From NCBI GenBank assembly GCA_040954595.2, contig CM082576.2, positions 18,647,028 through 18,711,027 of the forward strand: a stretch of 64,000 nucleotides of DNA. Direction: 5' to 3'. The translations under genes and the position numbers were made by a program. Within the stretch, counting starts at the first letter, position 1; each line of letters starts with the position of its first letter. Below are positions 13,101 through 25,507 of the stretch, piece after piece. The DNA is from Balanoglossus misakiensis (lineage: Eukaryota; Animalia; Hemichordata). Under the pieces are notes generated by a model. It did not search any database, had not been told where the DNA came from, and saw only the letters and a list, made by a program, of their open reading frames with translations.

Positions 13101-16100
13101 AACACTGCACTATGACATGGGTATTTAATGCATACGCATTGATATTTACAGTTGACTCTTAATCCCGAGGTTAATACATGGCTAAAAGCACTGTAATTTA
13201 AAATTACTAATGCAAAGGTTACATTGAATATGGGTAAATGGTGAAGCAAGCTTGAAGATGCATCAGGGTAGATGGTGTTTCAAGCCCTTCACATTGACAT
13301 TGGAATATAATGCATATGGGGATTTAAAATTGATTGTAAATCCCTAGGTTAATACGTGGCCAAAAGCAATTTTATTTGACATTGCTAATGCAACGATGAC
13401 ATTGAATCCGATTCTTTGTATCAGGGTAAATGGCGATGCAAGCTTGATGATGCATCACGGTAGATAGTGATGCAAACACTTCACTTTGACATGGGCATTA
13501 AATGCATATGGGGATTTCAAGTTGATTACAAATCCCTGGGTTAATACGCGTCCAAAAGCACTGTAATTTGACATTGCTAATGCGATGTTGACATTGAATG
13601 TAATTCTCCGCATTAGGGCAAATGGCAAAGCAAGCTTAATGATGCAATGGAGTAGACGGTGATGCAAGCTATGCATTTTGACATAGGTATTTAATGCATG
13701 TGCATGGGTATTTAATGTTGAATGTAAATTCCCAGGTTAATACATCTCCAAAAGCACTGTAATTTAAAATTGCTAATGTAAGGGTGACATTGAATCTGAT
13801 TCTTTGCATTATGGGAAATGGCGTAGCAAGCCTAATGATGCATCTGAGTAGATGGTGATGCAAGCTAAGCATTTTGATATAGGTACTAAATGTATATACA
13901 TGGGTATTTAAAGTTGTCTGTAAATCCCCAGGTTAATACTTGGCAAAAAGCAATTTTATTTGACATTGCTAATGAAATGGTGACACTGAATCTGATTCTT
14001 TGCATCAGGGCATATTGTGAAGCATGCTTGATGATGTATTAGTGTCAACAGTGATGGAAACACTGCACTATGACATGGGTATTTAATGCATATGCATTGA
14101 TATTTACAGTTGACTCTAAATCCCGAGGTTAATACATGGCTAAAAGCGCTGTAATTTAAAATTACTAATGCAAAGGTTACATTAAATATGGGTAAATGGT
14201 GAAGCAAGCTTGAAGATGCATCAGGGTAGATGGTGTTTCAAGCCCTTCACATTGACTTGGAATATAATGCATATGGGGATTTAAAATTGATTGTAAATCC
14301 CTAGGTTAATACGTGGCCAAAAGCAATTTTATTTGACATTGCTAATGCAACGATGACATTGAATCCGATTCTTTGCATCAGGGTAAATGGCGATGCAAGC
14401 TTGATGATGCATCATGGTAGATAGTGATGCAAACACTTCACTTTGACATGGGCATTAAATGCATATGGGGATTTCAAGTTGATTACAAATCCCTGGATTA
14501 ATACGCGTCCAAAAGCACTGTAATTTGACATTGCTAATGCGATGTTGACATTGAATGTAATTCTCCGCATTAGGGCAAATGGCAAAGCAAGCTTAATGAT
14601 GCAATGGAGTAGACGGTGATGCAAGCTATGCATTTTGACATAGGTATTTAATGCATGTGCTTGGGTATTTAATGTTGAATGTAAATTCCCAGGTTAATAC
14701 ATCTCCAAAAGCACTGTAATTTAAAATTGCTAATGTAAGGGTGACATTGAATCTGATTCTTTGCATCAGGGCATATTGTGAAGCATGCTTGATGATGCAT
14801 TAGGGTCAATAGTGATGGAAACACTGCACTATGACATGGGTATTTAATGCATACGCATTGATATTTACAGTTGACTCTTAATCCCGAGGTTAATACATGG
14901 CTAAAAGCACTGTAATTTAAAATTACTAATGCAAAGGTTACATTGAATATGGGTAAATGGTGAAGCAAGCTTGAAGATGCATCAGGGTAGATGGTGTTTC
15001 AAGCCCTTCACATTGACATTGGAATATAATGCATATGGGGATTTAAAATTGATTGTAAATCCCTAGGTTAATACGTGGCCAAAAGCAATTTTATTTGACA
15101 TTGCTAATGCAACGATGACATTGAATCCGATTCTTTGTATCAGGGTAAATGGCGATGCAAGCTTGATGATGCATCACGGTAGATAGTGATGCAAACACTT
15201 CACTTTGACATGGGCATTAAATGCATATGGGGATTTCAAGTTGATTACAAATCCCTGGGTTAATACGCGTCCAAAAGCACTGTAATTTGACATTGCTAAT
15301 GCGATGTTGACATTGAATGTAATTCTCCGCATTAGGGCAAATGGCAAAGCAAGCTTAATGATGCAATGGAGTAGACGGTGATGCAAGCTATGCATTTTGA
15401 CATAGGTATTTAATGCATGTGCATGGGTATTTAATGTTGAATGTAAATTCCCAGGTTAATACATCTCCAAAAGCACTGTAATTTAAAATTGCTAATGTAA
15501 GGGTGACATTGAATCTGATTCTTTGCATTATGGGAAATGGCGTAGCAAGCCTAATGATGCATCTGAGTAGATGGTGATGCAAGCTAAGCATTTTGATATA
15601 GGTACTAAATGTATATACATGGGTATTTAAAGTTGTCTGTAAATCCCCAGGTTAATACTTGGCAAAAAGCAATTTTATTTGACATTGCTAATGAAATGGT
15701 GACACTGAATCTGATTCTTTGCATCAGGGCATATTGTGAAGCATGCTTGATGATGTATTAGTGTCAACAGTGATGGAAACACTGCACTATGACATGGGTA
15801 TTTAATGCATATGCATTGATATTTACAGTTGACTCTAAATCCCGAGGTTAGTACATGGCTAAAAGCGCTGTAATTTAAAATTACTAATGCAAAGGTTACA
15901 TTAAATATGGGTAAATGGTGAAGCAAGCTTGAAGATGCATCAGGGTAGATGGTGTTTCAAGCCCTTCACATTGACTTGGAATATAATGCATATGGGGATT
16001 TAAAATTGATTGTAAATCCCTAGGTTAATACGTGGCCAAAAGCAATTTTATTTGACATTGCTAATGCAACGATGACATTGAATCCGATTCTTTGCATCAG

Positions 16101-17200
16101 GGTAAATGGCGATGCAAGCTTGATGATGCATCATGGTAGATAGTGATGCAAACACTTCACTTTGACATGGGCATTAAATGCATATGGGGATTTCAAGTTG
16201 ATTACAAATCCCTGGATTAATACGCGTCCAAAAGCACTGTAATTTGACATTGCTAATGCGATGTTGACATTGAATGTAATTCTCCGCATTAGGGCAAATG
16301 GCAAAGCAAGCTTAATGATGCAATGGAGTAGACGGTGATGCAAGCTATGCATTTTGACATAGGTATTTAATGCATGTGCTTGGGTATTTAATGTTGAATG
16401 TAAATTCCCAGGTTAATACATCTCCAAAAGCACTGTAATTTAAAATTGCTAATGTAAGGGTGACATTGAATCTGATTCTTTGCATTATGGGAAATGGCAT
16501 AGCAAGCCTAATGATCCATCTGAGTAGATGGTGATGCAAGCTAAGCATTTTGATATAGGTACTAAATGTATATACATGGGTATTTAAAGTTGTCTGTAAA
16601 TCCCCAGGTTAATTCTTGGCAAAAAGCAATTTTATTTTACATTGCTAATGAAATGGTGACACTGAATCTGATTCTTTGCATGAGGGTAAATGGCGATGCA
16701 AGCTTGATGATGCATCCCGGTAGATAGTGATGCAAACACTTCACTTTGACATGGGTATTAACTGCATATGGGGATTAAAAGTTGACTGAAAATCCCTGGG
16801 TTAATACAAGTCCAAAAGCACTGAAATTTGACATAGCTAATACAATGGTGACATTGAATGTGATTCTTTGCATTAGGGGAAATGGCGTAGCAAGCCTAAT
16901 GATGCATCAGTGTAGATGGTGATCCAAGCTCTGCGCTTTGGCATACGTATTTAATGCATGTGCATGGGTATTTAATGTTGAATGTAAATTCCCAGGTTAA
17001 TATATGCATGGGTATTTAATGTTGACTGTAAATCCCTAGGTTAATACATGGCCATAAGTACTGTAAGGGGTAGATGGTGATGCAAGCTCTGCACTTTGAC
17101 ATGGGGATTAAATGCATGCTGAGGGGGATTTTAAGTTGTCTGTAAATCCCCAGGTTGATATGTGGCCAAAAGCACTGTAATTTGACATTGCTAATGATGG
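7176..17200. repeat. Satellite A, main block with higher-order repeats (~958-bp 5-mer, 374-bp dimer expansions)
   Basis: Near-identical shadow ORFs recur at 957-bp (8325 to 9282) and 374-bp (10109 to 10483; 12202 to 12576 to 12950) intervals. The array degenerates after ~16600. Confidence 0.97.
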
Positions 17201-17620
17201 TGAGCTGTACTCCCCAGGGAGTTGAATGGAATGTTTAGGTCCAACGACCTAGGTCAAATGACCATGGGACAACTTTAAAGCATGTTGAGATTTAATGTGC
17301 TACATAAGTTATAAATATTATATTAATATTATTACATAAACAACACTCTTACCTAGCTAAGGAAGTGGTCAGGTGAAAAATATTTGCAGAGCTGACCAAT
17401 TATTTAAGGAATATTAAAGTTGGGTAATTTGGACGTATTCATACGGGTGTTGGTCAATGGAAAGTCCTTTGTTCATTTTCAAAATGGCAACCAAAAATGC
17501 GAACAAAACACACTGAATTATGTACGGGATATTGGTGTTGCCTAATTTGCGTGTTTCCACATTTACTTAAACTCTCACAGGGAGACAAATGTCACAGCAA
17601 ACGGAAAAATGACTATGCTA
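17090..17620 (+). repeat. Satellite-end / SINE-tail / unique composite, duplicated at 21194-21725 and partly at 20630-20850
   Basis: Shared strings such as GGTCCAAC(G/A)..CTAGGTCAAAT and GGAAGTGGTCAGGTGAA (all three loci) and CTCTCACAGGGAGACAAATGTCACAGCAAACGG (17.6 and 21.7 kb). Confidence 0.85.
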
Positions 17621-18949
17621 CACACAACACTTTTATTGATCATGGAAAATGTTCATGAGAATTGTGTTATGGTACTTTTCGGGGCTCACGACCTGTGTTA
17701 TAGGAAATCTGACAAGGAATCCAAACTGTACCACATACACAACACTTTAATTAAGCATGGGAAATGGTCCTGAGAACAATATTCTCAGAGTTGACAAACT
17801 GTGTTATCTGCGTTATATTGATGTTGTCTAATTTACACGCCTGTACATTTATTTATTCTCTGACTTTGAGCTTAATAAGGCAGCGCCTGCTAAGGTCAAT
17901 TTGCCACGTACACTTTTAATTAGCATAGATAATGATCATGATAACTTCATTTTCAGAGCTGACAAACTGTGTTATGTGAAATTCATGTTGCCTATTTCAT
18001 GATAATGGCTTGTGGTACACAATGGTTAACAGCAATCAGCAATTGCTTGTATGATAGGTATAATGATCGATTTACAAATTTCAATGGTATAATAATGGGC
18101 AACACATGTGGAAGTGTTTAATAAACAGTTAACTGATGTGGTGATGGTTTGTGGTAAAATTGAGGGTACACAGATTATAATGGGCAAAACAATGAATATA
18201 ATAGAGGTTGATGATGGTGAATGGTTTCATATGAATGGTGTAATAAAGGTTAACAAATGTGGTGATAGCTTTGGTGTACAGGGCTGTTCATATCTTTAGT
18301 AATGACAAAGGTATAATAGTGATAAAAGCTTAAATAAGTGTTAGGGCACAATCTTCATGATGGTTCATTCATTGGTTAATGTGTATATTTTATTAATATC
18401 ATGCTATTGTTTATCAGTTAGATCATAATCAGGGTTTTTCCATGCACATAGTCATCATGAATCAGCGGAATTCTTCTGAATAGTACCTGTGATCATTTTT
18501 GCGCACCGACGCATTGTACGCGACAGACATGCAGAAAATATTAACATGTAACTCACAGGCATAGTGTTAAATCTAAACGACTATATGTTAGATAAGCTTT
18601 ACCTCCCCACCCCATCAAAATTCCAAATTTAGCTTGATGTGACGTTTTCGGGTAGTACCAATTCGGAAACTTTCATGGTTCATTCATTGAACCAAATATT
18701 GGATTTGACACACTGTGTCTTGGGTGGGTAAAGCATGGTGAAATGTTGGCAGTAAACTTTAACCAGACAGGTCACATGAAAGGAAGATTTTATCATTTGA
18801 GTTCGATGGCATACATGATAAGATATGTCAGTTCTGACACCTTTTTTGCAGACGTAGATGCTGATGTATTTTTTCCATTGGACACAATACTCAAAGTCCA
18901 GTCTGTGTTTAAAATGATACCCTGGTCACACACAGTGAGAAATGTCAGC

Positions 18950-19650
18950 CTTTGACTTAATTATCTAATTTATGCATTGTTAACAATGCACTGTGACATT
19001 TACTGCATGTATTTTTCCCCCTGTGGAAACTTACTATGCTTTGAATACATGTTCCCTAATGGGGTGTTAAAGGATACAGTAGGATCTGTTTCGGTAGCAA
19101 ATATGACACTGTTTTCAACATATTTGACTGGTGGCAATATGTGGTTTTACGTTGGTATCCATCATGTAACTCAGATCACCTATATGAAGCTCCATAGTAA
19201 ATTTCACAGAAGTCGGCTGATCAATTCCAGAAAAGTAGATTTTTTACCAAAAATGTGGAAAAAGACAAAAAAATGCATAACAAGTAGAAAATTCACACTA
19301 TTAGCTTAAAACATACAGAAATGTGTGAGGCTAATATAAGGTACTATCATACCATTTTTTCAAATCAATATGACCAGGACTTGTCGAGTTTCTGAGTTTT
19401 GACCAAATTAAGGTTTTCCCAGCTAATTTGTATATATTTTTGGCAATGACAACTTCGTTTGAACAAACTCCCATCTACAGCCTAGCATGCATCTACACAC
19501 CAAATATTGAGGTTATTGGCGCAACGGTTTTCAAGTTTTTGATGTGTACGGACATACATCCATCTATCCGTCCATATGTCCATACATACATACAGACGCA
19601 ACCAAATCCATAAGGTCCCACTGTATATACCTATACAAATGGGACCAAAT
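18950..19650 (+). mobile_element. Second, distinct HINE/DINE-1-like non-autonomous element (left boundary uncertain)
   Basis: A (CATA/CATC/CGTC)n microsatellite at ~19550-19597 is followed by the terminal hairpin GGTCCCA-CTGTATA..TATACA-AA-TGGGACC at ~19613-19646. The GCGCAACGGT motif resembles GTGCAACGGT in the first HINE. Confidence 0.6.
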
Positions 19651-20419
19651 AAAACACACAAAAAATAACACTTAACATCTTACAGTGCAGGGCCTTGCTA
19701 GTTGATGTGGTACAATTCTATCATATCACTTCACAGCTGGTAGCCAAGGGCAGTGTTTGCACAGAGGAGCCTCCTGAATGTCTTCGCTCGTTCACACCTC
19801 TTCAGTGATAATGTCTGGATTACATTGACATGAAACTGTTTGTTCAGTAGTGTTTCAACTGCCAGCTACCTGGGTTCATTTTACACCCAAACACTGAAAA
19901 TATTGCAGCAGTCAATAATATAACCTACACACTGTGTGAAATTCACCATGTTCTAAAGTAATGTTGATGTCTAATGTGCATTGTGACTTACAGGGCATGC
20001 ACGGCTAAAGCTTGTCGAAAGTTGACAAAGCAAAAGACCAGACCAGTTGCCTGTTTTAAAATGTGCTTCATTCCAAGGACCTTGGCGATGAGTCATGAAT
20101 TGGGAAACGTTCATGAGACCCATTTTTTTTCACTGGACCAGCACATTTAATGATATGACCATGAAATTGAACTGTTCCCAGGAGCTACTGAGAGTTGCCT
20201 TGTTTCACCCCCAAGTTACTACCTGGGGTTTTTACAATGACGACAGTAGTTCCAAAAAAAACGTTGTACTTTTATGAATAATCGATTAGGGTAGATTTAT
20301 TCATGGTAGTAAAACTTTTTGGCCTGCAGTTGCCAAACAAAGACAATTACAAGTAAGGGACTGGACGTAAACTACCAGGGGGAGCGCAGGGGAATTGACG
20401 AAAGCGATGGCCTCAAATT

Positions 20420-20775
20420 AATGTCATAGTCCAGTGGTTAGAGCATCAGACCCATAATCAAAGAATCAAGAGTTTGATCCCTGGCATGGTTGTGGTGTTG
20501 TGTCCTCTGGCAAGGCAATTTACATCTCCTTGCCTCTCCCTGCCTATAAGAAAAGGGTAATTTGGTGGATCGGATATTGTAATGTGTATGTATAGGTCTG
20601 CTTTGCTGATATAAAAGCTGCACATGTGAGCTGTTGTTTGCTCCCCATGGAGTGGAATGGAATATTTTAGGTCCAACGACCTAGGTCAAATTACCATGGG
20701 AAACACTTCAAAGCAGCACATTGAGATTTATTGCATAATGTGCTATATAAGTAATAAATATTATATTGATATTAT
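20420..20775 (+). mobile_element. tRNA-derived SINE (CORE/Meta-like), degenerate
   Basis: A-box-like TAGTCCAGTGG, B-box-like AGTTTGATCCC, core-like GTGTCCTCTGGCAAGGCAATT, and an L2-type tail GTGCTATATAA followed by an AT-rich end. Confidence 0.65.
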
Positions 20776-20850
20776 TACATAAACAACACTCTTACTTAGC
20801 AAAGGAAGTGGTCAGGTGAACTATATTCGCAGAGCTGACCAATTGTTTAA

Positions 20851-21193
20851 AGGGGCAAAGTCTCTCATCGCTGCCTTTTTTCAATTAATTATGTATGATA
20901 CAAGACGCCATTGATGTTATTCTACATGTGGATATATGGTGAATCAACATTCGACCACACACAACTTCCGTCTCGTTTGTACGATATGAGAGTAAAAACT
21001 CGCCCAAAATGAATAAATGGTAAAGAACGATTATTCATTTTGGCGAGTTTTTCACTCTCCTGTCTATAAGAGGGATGGAAGTTGTGTGTGGTTGAACGTT
21101 CATTCGCTATATATCCACATGTAGAATAACAAACGGTGTCTCTTATCAAATATAATATGGGAAAAAGGGCAGCGAGAGAGAGACTTTGTCCCT
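20851..21193. mobile_element. Fold-back MITE, Kolobok-type (TTAA target), copy 1
   Basis: TTAA|AGGGGCAAAGTCTCTC...GAGAGACTTTGTCCCT with ~140-bp inverted arms. The right TTAA is missing. Paralogous empty sites (TTTAAGGAA) occur at ~17403 and ~21503. Confidence 0.85.
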
Positions 21194-21727
21194 CACATGG
21201 GGATTAAATGCACATGCGTGTGTATTTAAAGTTAACTGTAAATCCCCAGGTTAATACGTGGCCAAAAGCACTGTAATTTGGCATTTCTAATGATGGTGAG
21301 ATGTTGTTTGCTCCCCAGGGAGTTGAATGGAATATTTAGGTCCAACATCCTAGGTCAAATGACCATGGGACAACTTAAAGCACGTTGAGATTTAATGTGC
21401 TACATAAGTTATAAATATTATAAAAATATTATTACATAAACAACACTCTTCCTTAGCAAAGGAAGTGGTCAGGTGAAATATATTCGCAGAGCTGACCAAT
21501 TCTTTAAGGAAAATTAAAGTTGGGTAATTTGGATGTATTCATACGAGTGTTGGTCAATGATAGGAAAGTCCTTTGTTCATTTTCAAAATGAAAACCAAAA
21601 ATGCGAACAAAACACACTGAATTACGTATGGGATATTGATGTTGCCTAATTTGCGTGACTCTACATTTACTTAAACTCTCACAGGGAGACAAATGTCACA
21701 GCAAACGGAAAAATGATTATGCTAAGC

Positions 21728-23695
21728 AATACGCCAACCTTTAAAATATTACTTTAGAAAGTTTGTATTCATACTTTCTTCAAGTTGTCATAACGCTACC
21801 CCGAAATGTGTTTAAGTATTGCCTTTGTATTAATGGGCTAGATTCATGGCGTTATATGTCATAAATTAAAAAGCCAACCCTTATTGATTTTGATAATATT
21901 TATGTCGGAGAATCCACAATGAAAAATATGTATTTCAATTTCATAACTCAAAATGATTTTCAAATCCATGACCTTATTTTCAACTCCAGTGATCGTACAT
22001 CCTGAACCTTGTGCCAGTAAATGATTGGCCATTACAGGGTTAATGGGCACTCTCCCGTTCTCTTCCTCCGCAGTTTCATTCATGTTCTTGTTTGACGGAA
22101 ATGGGTGTGACCAGACGCTTGAATGTTTTCATGTGGGTGTCGTTGTTCATCGGGATCGGTCTCCTGGTGTGTCTGTACAGGTACGCAAGGAGAAACTGCC
22201 CACAAGAAGCTGCGAGTGAAACTATTTAAGGTAGTATGTGCCTCGCGGTCCGAGATTCAGACAAATGATAGTCCTCAAAACTTTTTCAAGTCTTTGATTT
22301 ACTAAAGTGTATGGTGAGTCTCTTTGAAAACAACAAAAACATTACTCACCATATTGTTATTTTTTTGAAAGTTTAAAATGAAGTTGACAATGTACCAAAC
22401 AGATTCTATTTATTTCTTCATGACCATGTTCACCCCAAGGTCATATGGACCTGCAAGTATATGCCAGAGCCAGAGTCGACATTACCGAAGCCAGAGTTCA
22501 AAGCTTGCAGGTCACCCCTTGCCAGCTCATGACTAGCTAAACTGCCATGGATGCCAAGAGATATAGGACTACAGTAACCTGTAGATGGTTTCAGTATGTT
22601 TGAAGAAAGTGGTGGCGCACTTTTGGCTACATTTGAAATGGCTATGGTACCAGTGGTTGAATTTGCAAAGGTGACCTTTGACCTGGTATCATTAAAGATA
22701 TTAAAGAACGATTGAACATTCCTTGTTGTCGTAAAATGACATCTGTAATAACTTATATTTTATCTGTTCATCTTGAAGTACTATATATTTAAACGCCAAT
22801 TTTCCATTGCCAATCAATTTTTACAAATAAATTGTAATATGCATGTTGATTTTACAAAAACTCCTTACTTCAAAGTGAATTCTGTTACACATCACGTAAA
22901 TATTTTCCCCACGAATTCTTCAGTTGCTGACTCGGAAATTTCATATATTGGGCAGAAATTGGATACATTACCGAGCCATTAAAATTACAGTTTTCTATTT
23001 TAATTGATCTTCCATAACTTCAAGTACTTTGATTTGACATAAATTAAAAACATCATGGTGAATAAATAAAAAAATCTTTGATTATCTAATTGTGCATGTT
23101 TACATGGTTTTATTTTAGTATGCTGGGTACTTAATGTCTAATTGCTCTCTGATTTTATACTGTTCAAGATGACAATCTAATTTTAGTTTTCAGCTGATAA
23201 TGGAAATTACTGATTAAAAAAATTGAATGTTGTCATGAATAAACTTGTTGTTCATGGCAGTTGCTGTACTTTGTTTCATGTGTATTCAATTTTTGCAAGA
23301 ATACCATTGAGCACAGTTTGATTTGATTAAACACGTTTATCGGAAAATTTTGTCATTTGAAATATCTGTTTTTGCGCCCTCTACCATTTGACCAAATGAT
23401 TCTCTTATTTTGGTGGCCTTTGTCTGTGTATATGAGAATACTATAGTACTCTCGCATCGATGATAGTAGAAGTTGAAAACGTCTCTTGCCACGTGGCCTA
23501 GAAGAAAGGTGATCTTTAGAGTAAAATAAAACAAACTATCCAGATAGGAAGCTAGAAAAGAAGTTGAATCGTTGAAATTTTATTTATTTTTATATTGTTA
23601 ATATCGTTGGTGATGTTGACTGGCCGACAATCTTTGTCACACCAGTATTTGCAGGTAGATTAAAACATTGCCTATTCCAGCAATAATCACAACAG
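21728..23695. repeat. ~2-kb dispersed duplicate, copy 1 (paralogue at 38516-40482)
   Basis: Colinear high identity from CAATACGCCAACC to CAATAATCACAACAG. The ORFs at 21859-22083 and 38669-38872 are near-identical. Confidence 0.92.
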
Positions 23696-23909
23696 TCTTA
23701 CTTTTTCTATCTTTGTAAGCGTTAATCTTTATTGACCTCGCTTGTTGTTTTGTGTTTTTGTGTTGGTTTTGTTTTTGTTTTGTTTTTTTAGTAGTTTCAT
23801 AATTTTATTTGTATTTTTAAAATGTTTTCCTGTTTTTTGTTTACTTTTTTATTTTTTTTACTATTTGTTGATTGTAATGCTGTATGGGTCTCGACTGTCG
23901 GTCCCAACT

Positions 23910-25206
23910 TGTCATATAATTAGGTACTACTGGAGTCAGTGGAAACCCAGGTGCCCGCATAATTTCAGGTGTAGTGACACCGTGTATTGTCATGTTAATG
24001 AATAGGGCTTCGTTAGCTAAGTTTCGTGTAGTAAGAGAGCACACTTCAATTTAGGTCTTGAAGGGAGCAACAAGTCGGGTCTCCCTGCTCAGTGAGTAGA
24101 AATACTAGGGGAAATATTGCACCATACCTTGCTGTGTCCATGTAATGCTGTAGCGCGCATTAGTGCTCTCAGGACCACTGTTTCTGCAATTCGAGTGGAA
24201 GTAAATTCAGTACTTCTAGAAAGCAGAATTATGCTTATTCAGTGCAAACCGGTGTGGTCGGGCGATTGGCGTGGCTGGCATGGTCGTATGTGGTGTGGCT
24301 GGAAATTGCTCCAAGCAGAGTTCTGTGGAACCATCCTATAGACCCGGTATTGCTGAGCATGAAGTGTGGTGAAGAATTCTCGTGTAAGTAATGTATTTGT
24401 TTATTTATTTACTATAACTTAAATTTATATTTTATGGATATTTATGTCAAATTCGACAATTTGTAAGTAATAGGACGGTCATAGTTAAAGCATAATTTTC
24501 CATGATATCACATGTAATCATGACGCTTTAACTAGTCCAAATTTCTGATAATTATTATTGAGAAACGTCAGTATTCATTTGTGAACAGTTGCTAAGGTGG
24601 ACATTTCAGTCAATGTTTGTTGATTTTTCATTCAGCCATTTAACCCAAGACTTGCATCTAACAAGTCAGTCTTCAGTGTGTTTACTTGACTACTGGAGGA
24701 CTACAAGTGGTAGAAAACATGGTGTATCACAGATTGTATGTGTAATGTGGATCGTCGCTACATCGTTCATCTATACAGGACTCCATCCCATATTGTGGTT
24801 GAATCATGATTGTTTACTATGAATGTTATGTACAGCTAAGTGACACTTACCATTGTTTAGACAATATGCAATAGACAATAAACTATAGTGATATTGTGAA
24901 TATATTCATTTATGTAATATATTAAGTAACCCATTGTATTGTATGACCAATTGTATCAGCATACCTGTACCTGCTAAATTGGTTAGGACAGAGACATTTG
25001 ATATTGTGCATATTGTGCACAAAAATTATATTCCTAGTATTATCTTTATATTATTTAATTGATTTAAATTAAATCAACTGTATTATTGTATCCGCACTGG
25101 TTTGTGTAGTTTCTCCCCATACCTTATCCACGGATGTTTACTCCTTGGCACTGAGAGCTGCTCAATATTTATCCTGGAATCAGAGGGGTGCCCTCCACCT
25201 CTGACA
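23910..25206 (+). mobile_element. 5' LTR (~1.3 kb) of a Gypsy/Gmr1-type retrotransposon
   Basis: Begins TGTCA exactly where similarity to the empty paralogue (40792-40816) stops, and ends TGACA two bases before the PBS, giving 5-bp inverted termini. Confidence 0.75.
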
Positions 25207-25208
25207 TT

Positions 25209-25225
25209 TGGGGGCTCGTCCGGGA
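25209..25225 (+). promoter_or_regulatory. Primer-binding site complementary to tRNA-Pro 3' end
   Basis: TGGGGGCTCGTCCGGGA matches 17 of 18 nt of the canonical Pro PBS TGGGGGCTCGTCCGGGAT. Confidence 0.9.
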
Positions 25226-25507
25226 GTTTTATCGTTTTGTTGTGCATTTGTTTGTATACTATCATAAATTGTTGCCATATAGTGGAGACCATGGTTTTGA
25301 TAGGTAGAGATTCTGCAAATTGTGAAGACGGTGCTGGGTCTGTAGGCTGGTACTGTTACTGTATGTGCGCTTGTGGTTTCCTGCTATATAATATGGGCCG
25401 TGTTGGTTTGCGTCGTGCGTTTGGCTGTGTTGACTTGTGCTGAATGCCCTGTACTGCTAGGGGTTGTCAAACTGGGGGTTGTAAATCGCGATACAGCAAA
25501 GCATATA

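Noticed and set aside
55-16548. Dozens of near-identical 60-99-aa minus-strand ORFs
   Set aside because: They are translations of satellite A monomers, and frames break between units.
18000-18360. ATGG/ATAATG-rich stretch and 63-aa ORF
   Set aside because: Low-complexity degenerate sequence with no consistent period or protein motif.
20420-20490. tRNA gene
   Set aside because: The A/B boxes are degenerate and run into a SINE body and tail; no complete cloverleaf is evident.
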